Positions 38,001 to 49,422 of a stretch of DNA of 64,000 nucleotides are shown here, piece after piece (positions within the stretch are counted from its first letter, which is position 1; each line of letters opens with the position of its first letter). The notes beneath the pieces are model-generated. The model saw only the letters and a list, made by a program, of their open reading frames with translations, had not been told where the DNA came from and searched no databases. Location of the stretch: positions 3,720,001 to 3,784,000 of the forward strand of contig NC_134028.1 of assembly GCF_964204645.1 (NCBI RefSeq). Reading direction: 5' to 3'. The DNA comes from Tubulanus polymorphus. Taxonomy: Eukaryota; Animalia; Nemertea. The position numbers were made by a program, and so were the translations under genes.

Positions 38001-39223
38001 ATGTTGTACAAGGTACGGTATGTGACGATTTTTAATGATAGCGAACGAGCTGAAATAATTATCTAGATAAACGATGACGTAATCATAACGGCTAACAATC
38101 TCTGATGGCAGTTGCGTTATAGCGCCTATTCATATGTTCCTTTTCACTCTTACAGAATAGAATACACCAAAAGCGTCAGTATCTTGTAATACTGCTGCTC
38201 TGCTGCACCAGTGCCGGGTTTATCGGCATTATGTATTATTACACATCCGCGTACAAGGAACTACCAGATATCGGCGCACACGAACTCGACACTAGTTTAG
38301 CTTTAACAACTGGTAGAGATTCATCGATAACCTCAACGCTGACCGATTGCTTAAGCGGTGAAGTTCTATTCAAGGTTATTCCTAATCTCATAGATAAACC
38401 CTTCACCAGCGCCACGCCTCTGTCGGCAAATGTGGAATCTAACGCCCAGCGAATGGCGTCCTTTGAGAATATATACAAAAAGCACATATGGGGCTATACG
38501 GATCGTCAATATAAAGGCATGCAGGGTTCTGGAGAAGGTTCGTCCAGTCACTTCGCTCGGCGTTTCATGAAACTTTTGTCCAAATCTATAAACAGAATCA
38601 AAAAGATAACTGGTAAGCAATCGATAAGCCTGTTGGACGTGGCGTGTGGTGACATGGTTTGGATGCAGGAATTTTTAGCCGGAAGGGATGATATTATATA
38701 CACTGGCTGGGATATAGTACCTCAGTTGGTGAAAAGCCACCAAGTTCGATTCAAAGAAAAGCAAAAAAACTGGTCGTTTGGTCACGTAGATGTGGTGAAA
38801 CAGGCTGTGAATAAGTCTTATGATCTCGTGCTTTGTAGACATATGCTTCAACATCTATCAATAGCGGATGCTATGAGAGTTCTCGAACACTTGTCAAATA
38901 GTGGAAGTTCATTTCTTATTGCCACGACTTGGCCTACCACACGCGAAAACCAGGAATTGCAATCGACAGCCAGTTTTCGATTCCGCCCATTAAATCTCGA
39001 GTTGCCACCATTTCAGATAACACCCCCTATATGTATAGCAGCGGACTGGGCTGATGATTCCAACGAATGGCTGTTTGCTCTGTACGCCGGGCTGTGGAAA
39101 TTACCACTGCGACAACTGGACGATGCATTATTTGGCGCAAGCAAAACTGGTGATAAATTGACTTATACATCCCGGACGAATAGGTTCTCGATTTACGCCA
39201 AGTCGTACAGAAAACTGGACTAG
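38001..39223 (+). CDS. Type II membrane class I SAM-dependent methyltransferase; exons 38001-38012 and 38156-39223
   Basis: The spliced N-terminus MLYK|NRIHQKRQYLVILLLCCTSAGFIGIMYYY is a signal anchor. Motif I LLDVACGD, YTGWDIVP, DLVLCRHMLQHL, FENIY...WG...SGEGS and RPLNLELPPF are present. Confidence 0.8.
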
Positions 39224-39457
39224 CGAAAAAATATGGCAAATTGATTCTTCAAACTTTACTCATCATTTAGTCGCTTAGCATTACGCCTTGCATTGATCGG
39301 TTAATTTAGTTCTTCGTATAAATGGAAATGCAGTGTATGTGAATCCGTATGTGTTAATTATTTACGTGTTTCATCTAAGAAGTGAAATATGACCGAATAT
39401 CTCGCGAAATTGTGGTTCAACAAAAAATGTAAGCCCGTTTCTATGCAATGCCACGAG

Positions 39458-39472
39458 GTTCGCTATAGTAAC
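39458..39472. promoter_or_regulatory. Possible RFX X-box upstream of the ciliary gene
   Basis: gttcgctatagtaac lies ~90 bp before the ATG and is an imperfect match to GTHNYY-AT-RRNAAC. Confidence 0.3.
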
Positions 39473-39558
39473 GCCGTTACCACGTGCGTATCCAAGCCAA
39501 TTGGATATCCATAACAAATCGCTTCCTACAGTGAGCGGGCAGCAGGTACACTGTTAAC

Positions 39559-41309
39559 ATGCATCTTTCACCTATTTCGAAGACGATGGCGACTGCACAG
39601 TCACAAATCGTAAATGAAAAAGAGAAATGGTCGTTACCTGATCAAATAGAGCATCTGAACTGCCATATTCACTTGAAAGAACAAAACCGAAAAGCATATT
39701 TCGAGTGGTCTCGGCTAAATATTGAACAGAACGAGTTGACTATTCAACAACTTCGTGGTAAGAACAAGACGAACAGATCTCTACTTGCTGACAGCATCCG
39801 CGCTGACACGAAGATTATCCACGCTGTATTCGAAAATAGAAAGCGCGAAAGATTATCGCTGCAACGAAATAAAGCGCCGAACGCCGTAAAAATCATGGAC
39901 CAAAAGTTATGCGAGAATGTCAACAAGTTGAACGCGCTGCAGTATTCAAGAGTACGAAGAGAAAACAAGCTCAAGGAATTGCAAATGTCTCTACAGAAAG
40001 TGATACATATCAACGAGACAAAAACACCAGAGCAGCTCGAGTCCGAGCAGAGAATTCGAATCCTGGAAAATGCGTTAGATAAAGCCGAAACGAAACTACA
40101 AACTGCGGAGAATATCAGCGGAAAATATGAGTGCATCGTAAGCCGTATGAAAATACAGAGTATGGCATTTCCGTCGAAACTCGAATCGACGGGATCTGCT
40201 TTGATTCAGTTACGCGCCGAACTGGTCAAGTTGAAAGTGACGAAAAAGGAGTCGAAAGAAGCCAGAGATCGCATGAAGCTCGAGATGGCCGTCGTCGAAC
40301 AACTTTACTACGACGATAGAAAGGCTCGTGAAACCGTGCTGACAGCCACGAAGAAGGAAATCGAGTCTCGGCGTGAGGAAGTGGAGCGAGTGCAGCGTCA
40401 AGCGAACAGAGCTTACTGGGTCGTCGACAGTAACCGCGACCAACGTATCGCCAAAGAAAAACAACAGAAAAGTGAACGGGACAAGCAAATTCTCAACTTA
40501 GAATCGACCATTGCACGAATGATGCAGGTAACTTAAAACATCATGCATCTTGAGAATACCTTGTAATATGTATCTATCTATTCATGAGATGGACTTGAAA
40601 ATTATTCAAAATTATCTTCCAGGCAACTTCGATTAGTGATATTTCACAGTTCGTCGATCGATATAACATGCAAAAAGAAAAACAAGCCGAACTGACGAAA
40701 CAACGTCGAGACTCGGAATCGTTGAGAAATAGACTGTTGGATGAAAAACAACAACTGCAAAAACAATATCACGACGCTCGGTATTCCGGAGACAAACGAA
40801 TGTCCAACATGCAGGCCAATCTGGACGAGAAACAAGCGGCGATTAACGAACACGTTTGCAAATCTTCGAAACTAAGGCTAGAAATTGAGGTGCAAGGACA
40901 GTTATTAGTGAAGGTGAAGAGCGGGGTGAATACAATCGTGGAACTATTGAAACATGTTCGTCTGCGTCCTCCGCGTCGTAGCACACCGACTGGTGACGTC
41001 ATACGAGATCTCGATCTACTCAATAAGAAACTGGAAGTTTTCATATACGAAAACGGCTTCCACCGACACGCAGTCGAAGACTTACAGGTCATCATTCAGT
41101 CTTCCGATTTCCAGTTATTCGTCGAGAGATCTTTATCGTCGCAGAATTGTAGAATCGATTTGACAGAGTCGAAAACGTCTTTCGAAGATTATAGCTTCAC
41201 AGGTCAAGAGGATGAGAATATACTTACTAGAGAGGACATCAAACGAGCAGGACAGGCGCTCGTCGATGCGAAGTCAAAAACGAAGAAGCGAGGGGGGAAG
41301 CGAAGATAG
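39559..41309 (+). CDS. ODAD3: Outer dynein arm docking complex subunit 3 (CCDC151)-like coiled-coil protein; exons 39559-40527 and 40623-41309
   Basis: Long coiled coil. N-terminal RKAYFEWSRLNIEQNELTIQQLR and C-terminal NCRIDL...TREDIKR..Q.LVDAK.K resemble CCDC151/CCDC183. A 95-nt phase-0 GT-AG intron joins the two ORFs. Confidence 0.75.
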
Positions 41310-41588
41310 ACGCTGCTCTTCATCGTGAAAATCATGAAATCTGATCAATCTATTATGTAATTAATTATCCATTTTGTCTGCTTATTTTGTCATTGTCACG
41401 TGATGTGAAAATTTTTTTCTCTTGATGCTTAACTGTGAATTTACATTTATATATTGTGTTTTATTTTCCGTGATGCAAGTGTAAACACTTGTGACAAAAT
41501 AAAAATTATCAATATCATTATTATTACAAACGATTCCTTCGAATATAGTCTTGGCGAGGAATGATAAAATGCAACATTGACCCGATAA

Positions 41589-41808
41589 GGCTAGAAAAAA
41601 TTGATACCTTGTTTCTCCGCTCTGCTGAGCTTAAATGTTGACCCGGTCGGCCGCCTATCTACCCTATACATTACTTTTTTTAAAATCGTGATCAATTTTA
41701 CCATAACAGACCCAGCCGGTATAGAAATGAACTGTTTATAAATTTTATCATATTTTACAAAAATGACCCGGCCGCTGCGGAGAAACAAGGTATCATTTTT
41801 GTTTAGCC
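41589..41808. mobile_element. 220-bp Tourist/Harbinger-like MITE, copy 1
   Basis: ~33-bp TIRs ggcta..aaaaa(t)tgataccttgtttctccgc, with a TAA target duplication. Confidence 0.9.
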
Positions 41809-42037
41809 TAAACTCATAAACTCATAGCGAGCGCTATAGATTGATCACAAGTGGCTAAAGACAGTTTGAGACTTCTGGTATGAGACATCATAAGGCGGTG
41901 GTCAAAGTTTTGCCAATGAACTTTAGCAGCATGACATATCTATACATTACACTGACCTATGTAGTGACAATAGAACATAATTATCGATGATTTTTCGGGG
42001 CTAGATAAAGTTGTACGTTCAATAAGTTAAAATTAAA

Positions 42038-42655
42038 ATGGGTGATATGAAAGTAAGTATTAATCCGGTTCGAAAAGGCGAGCTTCCCGACTTTGGCGAA
42101 CACTCGTTGGAAAATGATGATCCACCGAGAAGTGATTTAAACGGTTCCGTTCTTCGTTTGGATATTGACGTCTACGAGAATAGACCCTCGAATAAAACAC
42201 GGGTCTCTACGGCGCTGAAGGTACTGGGCAGTGGTCAGATTTTTTCCGGTCTTTTCATGCTTATTTTGAACGTGATACAGATCGTATACGCTTCGATTGG
42301 GTCGTATATATCTTACGGAATTTGGGGTGGAATCCTGTCGTCTATTGCTGGCGCGATGGGAATATCAATCAGCCATAAGCGTACTCAACTTAGTTCAGTT
42401 TACTGCATGTTGGCGAGTCTGATAGCCTGTGCCGCGGCGTTAGTGGTTTGTGGTTTCGGTATCGGAGGCATTGTACACAATGTTCAGCTTTTATCGTCAA
42501 TCGGGACAACTTTCGCAGCTATTGATGCGTTAGTGATAACTGCAGCCATACTCGAATTGATTTTCTCGATAGGACAAGCGTGCTTACTGTGTTACCTCGA
42601 TTCACCTGCTGCTTATCGAATGACTACTGTCAAACATAAGAAAATGCCCTCATAG
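42038..42655 (+). CDS. MS4A/CD20-like four-transmembrane protein (intronless CDS)
   Basis: Four hydrophobic helices. LKVLGSGQIFSGL, YGIWGGILSSIAGAMGI and ILELIFSIGQA match the CD20-family pattern. AATAAA follows at ~42742. Confidence 0.75.
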   Translation: MGDMKVSINPVRKGELPDFGEHSLENDDPPRSDLNGSVLRLDIDVYENRPSNKTRVSTALKVLGSGQIFSGLFMLILNVIQIVYASIGSYISYGIWGGILSSIAGAMGISISHKRTQLSSVYCMLASLIACAAALVVCGFGIGGIVHNVQLLSSIGTTFAAIDALVITAAILELIFSIGQACLLCYLDSPAAYRMTTVKHKKMPS

Positions 42656-43037
42656 AAGAAGATGCCAAACTTCAAGAAGTGACATACATTTAGACGACGT
42701 TGCCCTGAAATCATTCCAAGAATCCTAAACTGTTATGTATAAATAAAAAACATTTATTTGAACTGTCATAAATCATTATGTAAAAATCTATAAAGCATCA
42801 TTCAAATATTAGTAAATAAATGTATCAATATGAACGTATAAAAGCGATAATTCAAGTGTATATTGTAACGAAGTCGATTTCAAAATAGATCGGATTAAAA
42901 TGACAATAGCTGTACATGTACTTAATTTCGATATGTACGATAGGAAACATTGATTATCAGGCACATAATTTTCTTATACTTTTCAGTAGAAGTTATTTTA
43001 TCACAAAATCTTCTTTACATGAGTGATGGTCTGAGTG

Positions 43038-43073
43038 ATTTGGTCTTCATCACATGAGTGATGAAGACCAAAT
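43038..43073. repeat. Perfect hairpin (16-bp stem, 4-nt loop) between convergent 3' ends
   Basis: atttggtcttcatcac-atga-gtgatgaagaccaaat. Confidence 0.8.
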
Positions 43074-43109
43074 ATATATTTCATTGCCACCACTTCAGTG
43101 TAGAGTTTA

Positions 43110-46100
43110 CTAGCTAGTTCTAGCACTAAGAGCATTCAAGATGCGTTTAATGTCTATTTGAAGTATACGATCGTTCGGGTGTCTCTTGCCAATTTTTTTG
43201 ACAGGCTTCGGACATTTTTCACGCATGAATTCGAACGTTGACTCGTATAGTTTGAAAACATCTGTAACACTTTCTGAAAATATACGAAACCAGTCAAGGC
43301 TCAATGAAAATTTCAACATTTTTTCAGAATGCCTTTGTTTCAATGTCAAGATACCTTTCGTAGAAGCGTCTGATAACAGTGTTTGCAGGGTAGTCACCGC
43401 GTAGGATAGAGTACGACAGGCAGGACGCACGATCACTGGGTCGTTAGGATACAAAGCCATTGTTCTCAGTACCAATTCAATTCCACTACATTTTAGTTGA
43501 ACCTGAAAATAACAACATAAAACAACAAAATATATCCATGGGTTTTATCCAGTACTTACGGTTAACAACCATGGGGACGAACAAAATCGCTTACTTAGGC
43601 CAAAAAAAATTGATACCTTGTTTCTCCGCTCTGCTGAGCTTAAATGTTGACCCGGCCGGCCGCCTATCTACCCTATACATTACTTTTTTAAAAATCGTGA
43701 TCAATTTCACCATAACAGACCCGGCCGCTATAGAAATGAACTGTTTATAAATTTTATCATACTTTACAAAAATGACCCGGCCGCTGCGGAGAAACAAGGT
43801 ATCATTTTTGTTTAGCCTTAGGGTAGTCAAAGGATTTAAAATTAGCAAATGTTTGGGAATGCACTACTTTATGGAACCAATACATGTGTATACGTACACG
43901 TTAAACTATAGCTTTACCAAAGGTAACAAATATTTCAACACAATTAATTACCATTTGTCCAGGTTTAGGAATGTATTGGGCTAACTGAGCCATGATACAA
44001 CAGGCAAACTGATGAATCTTAGAGCAACTAGGATGAGCGGTCATTGAGCCGAGAATCACAACGATCGTCTGGTATTCAACGAATGTCGGAATATTCTGGA
44101 CGAAGTGACTAAATGTATTTAACAGGCGAAGCCACATTACATGGTGCTCCTCTGGATCCTAGAATTACAAACGCAAGATACATCGAGACGCAGTCGATTA
44201 AGATTTGTTGCAGTATGAAGCGCATATAAAAGATCTGCGATATTGAAGATGTAACAACGAAAATCTGTTAAGGTTCCAATGTACTAAAAGTTTGAAACTT
44301 AGGCTAAAAAAAATTGATACATTGTTTCTCCACTCTGTTGAGCTTAAATGTTGACCCGGCCGGCCGCCTATCTACCCTATATATAACTTTTTTTGAAATC
44401 GTGATCAATTTTACCATAACAGACCCGGCCGCTATAGAAATGAACTGTTTACAAATTTTATCATATTTTACAAAAATGACCTGGCCGCTGCGGAGAAACA
44501 AGGTATCATTTTTGTTTAGCCTTACGAGGGAAACTTTCAACAGTTCAGTCATCAACCAGATAACAGGTGCATGATTAGCAGCCTCAGCATTTTCAAGTTT
44601 CTTCTGTTGATTGTTGTAATCGCGCACGAAATCGAAGAATATTTTCACTCCATTGTTTTCCGACACGTCATGTATGAATCGAAACAGCGAGTCAAGGTCA
44701 TCTGAGGACAACATCAGGTCGGTTTTACACATGACTTGCCGACTGATGAATTCGCAAGCGGCACCAACGACCTATAAATACATCGCAAACCTTCGATGAA
44801 ACACTCGCCGTACCGATTGTAACGATAGAGTTGATAATATTTGTATTATGACGTTTCAACTATATTCTAATAATCATCTTCAGGAATACTGAATATAAGG
44901 ATATTAGGTTAGTCGAAAAGTCAAATTGAATATCAGCTCGAGGAAACATTTTGAGCTTGTTTTTTTTTCTCGTTGACTTCACTTTACAGAATAGAGCCTT
45001 CAATCTTTAGTTCGTTATATAAGCTTTTTTATACCACTTTTTCAAAGTGACTATTCTAGATTCATGGAGTTGAATATCGTAACACTAATAATGAAAGACA
45101 TGTAAATTAAGCATTAAATCAATCGACCAAAAGTGTCTTCATCTTCTAGTACCTCTTTAGGAGAATTCAAATGATTCAGTAATTCATCCCCGTAACTGGG
45201 TATCAATGCAGTGCTCCCTTCTGCAACTGGCTTCGTCGCTGATGTATCTTCAGGCTGAAAACAAATTCATCACGAACAATCAAATAGGGTGTTAATACAA
45301 AATTCAACCTTATCTTACTGTGTATGCATTTTTAAGCGTTATACATTACACTCCTCAAATCTTAATTTTATACTAAGATTTAAACACTACCTGACTGCTG
45401 GTTGAGCTTGATCTGACCGGTTTTTGGGGTGGTAGAGCTTTAGTAAACAAACCGGGTGTCGAGGGCAACTGGCGCCTCTTTTGCGCTGAAGTCTCTTTCC
45501 TCGGGTCAGTGACGATGTATCGAAAATAACGATTCTTGATTATGATTGTCGCACCTTTGAAAGTCAATGATATAAGAAACATACATGTAGATCTTTCTGA
45601 AATTCCTCTCATAGATATTGAACGTAACAAGTTATAAAATTTTGAGGCTTTTTTTTAACGAAATTAAAGCATTTCTAGAAATTCAATAGAAAAATTTAAT
45701 TATCTTCGAAAATTATCTCAAAATCTAACCATTCGTCAACATGCTCGGTCCCGAAAGCTCTTTGCCATCCATAATACACGGCAAAGTGGAGGGAATCAAC
45801 CATGTTCCTCCACCCTCCAGAAGTAAATTGATACCGAACAATGCGTCTGTGCCAGCATCCTCCTCAGAAATGACGAAAGCTTCATTTTTAGCATTGATAC
45901 CTGAAAAAGAGCAACATCTATTCCATCATCAGTCAACGCCTTGAATAATAATAGCCTAGTTCATTTTGAAGAAGAACAGAAGTTCCATTGCACGTTTGTT
46001 TAACCACCTTCAAAAGATTTCTTATTCTCCGTATATGGTCTCAAAAAACGAATGTTTACACATATTTTGCGCTGGTTCATAGACTAGTTCAGTTACTGTC

Positions 46101-46430
46101 TAAATGCTATTTACCGATATAGACTGGTTTATGAACACCAGGAGAAACTACAATTCGTCTCGCTTTTAGTAAGTCCTGTATAACCATATATTGTGATTTA
46201 CCCATTGGCAGCTGCAGCTGTGCCTGTGGATTGCATCTGAAATAGATTATCAATTTTCCTGTTAATCTCGATGTGCTGCAACCTGGTCAAAATTCTTGAC
46301 ACCAATCTAGGAATAAATCTTCAATGATTTTCAATGTATCAAATCGTAGTCACCTAATGGTACAATAAAGGATGAATTGAATTGACAACTTTTACCTTTC
46401 AGATTCTTCTTCGATGCGGCATATCTCCAT
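43110..46430 (-). CDS. ~450-aa protein with degenerate FHA-like N-terminus and ARM/HEAT-like helical C-terminus; exons 46430-46396, 46236-46202, 45900-45730, 45554-45391, 45254-45153, 44771-44526, 44158-43952, 43502-43110
   Basis: Eight exons with GT-AG boundaries and compatible phases (1353 nt). Repeated helical motif ILGSMTAHPSCSKIHQFACCIMAQL / VLRTMALYPNDPVIVRPACRTLSYA. N-terminal CIMDGKEL..PSMLTNGATIIIKNRYFRY. Confidence 0.72.
43598..43817. mobile_element. 220-bp Tourist/Harbinger-like MITE, copy 2 (intronic)
   Basis: Near-identical to copy 1, with a TTA target duplication. Confidence 0.9.
44302..44521. mobile_element. 220-bp Tourist/Harbinger-like MITE, copy 3 (inside a splice donor)
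   Basis: Near-identical to copies 1 and 2. Its TTA duplication coincides with intron positions +2..+4. Confidence 0.9.
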
Positions 46431-47135
46431 TTCTTCAATCAATCAAATACGACAGAGGAAAAATTGCGACATGAATCATTCAAGCTAACAGTCATATCAA
46501 GTTTCATGAACTGGCAAACCAAGTTTTAGGTCAAAAAACGTATCAAGATAAACTTAAAAAACTCAATAAAATAATTGAATTTCATAATCTGCACAGCGCG
46601 CCGAGTTCTCGTGTACGTTAGACTCAGCAAGAACCTGAACGCCTCTGTCTACACAAGATTACTGAACTGAAACATTGAAAACTATTTCGAGGCGACAATA
46701 AAACTTTCAAAACTTATTTCTATAGAACGATTGTACAATATTGAAATAAATTGTGTCTCTGAATTAAGATAGGTTTGATTATCTCTTAATGCGGATCTGG
46801 TGACCCACGCAAACGCATGTTCCGTCAAAAAGTTTTCAATCTTGCGCCGCTGCTTATACCAAATAAAAATTTTACGTCTAATAATTTTTCATTTTGTGAA
46901 TTTTGATTCGACCCGTGGTCTCCTCTTATGCCACTGTTTTCATCTGTAGAATTGTATGCACACGAATCTTATATTCGTTATTCGTATTTCGATGTAATTG
47001 CGCAATGACGTAGATTGTGTCTATTTACTTTTATGCCGTAAGCGACCACAACCAAAACAAAGCGTAAACAAAGTCACATGTGTTTTCCGCAGACTTTTCT
47101 TTATAGCGCTAAAACTTTCGAACTGTAAAGACGAT

Positions 47136-49422
47136 ATGGCGGGAAGAGATGTGATACGGGTCGTTTGGAGAGTCGAAGAGGCGAAAGAAGAAAAGAAACT
47201 CGGTAAGTATACTTCGAAGTCGATACCGATTACAATTAATATTAGGTGAATCCTCACACAATTCTATTAATTGTAGGATTATTTTTAGAATTCGATGAAT
47301 GAGGATAACGTTTTTTCGAAATTCAAGTGGTTGAAGAAAAACCAATATTGACTTGGCAATAATAGAATAAAAAGTCACTGTCTAGTGGTTTTATTACGAA
47401 TTATCACTAGTCTCGCGATTGGATCACGCCAATACGGTCGAATCCGATTACAACGCTTACCGCAAACGATCTAGGTAATTACAGGGGATTCGTGATTTTG
47501 GGGCCCAAAATCAGGGCTCTGGTAGCGGACGGTTCGTGCCGAAACTTTGAAATTCTGAAAACGAACCCCTGGGTTGATCGGTCACTAAGGTGGTGATGAA
47601 TTTTCCCTTTCACGACGGACTTTTTGAAATGGGTAAATTACGTATCTTTTGTGAATTTTGCAATATGTAGTGAGGGTTTTAGGCAACTAAATGTATTAGG
47701 GGCAATCTGGAAAAGGAAGACATCAGTTTTATTTCTAAGACGCAATTTGATATATCACGTTTCCTCAAGTCAGATGATTGCCTGCAGTTTGCACTTCAGG
47801 TATATTTAGATTAGATCTTAGCTGTACGTATCTAGTGGGAAAGGCAGCAGGCCTGGATAGACGCCAAAACGGTTCATGGCTTTGTGCAAAGCCAGGTAGA
47901 AAATATTTACCTTATGACTTATTGCGCATTAGACTATGCCTCATTGCTTCCGATACGAGAAGGAAAATCTATTTTCGTGAATTACGAACCGACTGTGTTT
48001 CAAACGAATGAACTGAATAGTTTTAGCACGGCGCGTGTTTTCTTCTATGGAAAGAAACGACCGGTGAACGTAGGAAGCGATTATTCACTCAACGACAGCT
48101 TCACTGTCTATAGAATTCTTTTCTTAATTTGCAATCTGAATTCGGAACGTACAGAATATAGAGAAAAACTTCCAAGAAATACTATCAATCTATCACAGAC
48201 GATTCCATTCGTAGCCAAATCGTTTACCGTCTTAGAAATCGCTCCACAAATATATCAGATTGGTTCGTCTTATAGGCTAAAACGAATCTGATATATTCAC
48301 GGAGAAGTAAACCTAATTTACCGTATGATTCACCTCTATCTCTGAAACTTCAAAATTCAGGGATTCTTGTTGCAGATCTTTCTGATTGTTACCTGCAATC
48401 CGTGCCAGACGCCATCTTTCTTATGCTGAGACAAACAAACGTGATTGGTTGCTCGTTGGCTCGCAATACCATTCGAAAAGTGCCACCGAAACTTGGAAAA
48501 CTGTTCACGAATTTATCGGGTACGAATTGAAGCCTTTGAAAGTTGCAAACGAACTTACAAGTATAAGTATCTCGTTATGTATGTCATAAACACCAATCCT
48601 TTTACAAGATTCTATTATCAATTAATTACGTACGCACTAATTTTCACCACGATCTCAAGTTTTAATCAACGATCCCACATCTTCTTTATACATATAAAGT
48701 TTATCTAAATCTGCATGTAATTCGATAATTTTCCACCGCCATCTATAGTAATATATTTCAATCATCGAACCGACCAGATTATCTGTTTATCGCTCGTTTT
48801 TAACGTTTTTGAGATGTATCTAAATCTGATCTTCAGAGAAACAATAACGTTACAGCGAACGTCTGTTTCCCTCGATGATGATACATATATCTATATAGAT
48901 ATTAGATGTTATTTTAGATATCATCTTGTGGAGTCGTTATTCATTGTCATCTACTCCGCGAATACATCAGTTTATACGTCATCATGTAACATGTTTTGCT
49001 TTATCTTTTTACTATTTAGTTTTGGATCTAAGCAACAATCAACTCGTGTCTCTACCGCAAGAGCTGGAAGAGGTGACGAATCTGCGAAAGTTAGATATTT
49101 CAGTAAATAACTTCGCCGTGCTTCCTGACGTCGTATACAAACTCTCTAAACTGCGGCTTTTTAATGCCGAAGAGAACATCATTACAGGTATAGAAAGCGA
49201 ATGCTCCTTTTACATGAATCAATACTCTGGCTGTTTTTAATACGACTGAAAATTTCTCGCGCAGATGTCGACATCGATAAGTTGGAAGATATGGACTCGC
49301 TTGAGGAAATAAATCTGAGAGAAAATCCATTATTCAACGAAGTTTACGAACAATTAAAACAGCTGGATACAGTAACGGTTATTCTATCCGACAGACCAGA
49401 TCCATTCGGGGATGTTGACTAA
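47136..49422 (+). CDS. LRRC20: Leucine-rich repeat protein 20-like; exons 47136-47202, 48376-48519, 49020-49187, 49265-49422
   Basis: MAGRDVIRVVWRVEEAKEEKKL|DLSDCYLQSVPDAIFLML... followed by LDLSNNQL, LDISVNNF and INLRENPL. The N-terminus matches the LRRC20 pattern and all introns are phase 1. Confidence 0.82.

Noticed and set aside
41591-44574. Recurrent ORFs containing FLRSGRVIFVKYDK...
   Set aside because: They are read-through of the 220-bp non-coding MITE copies.
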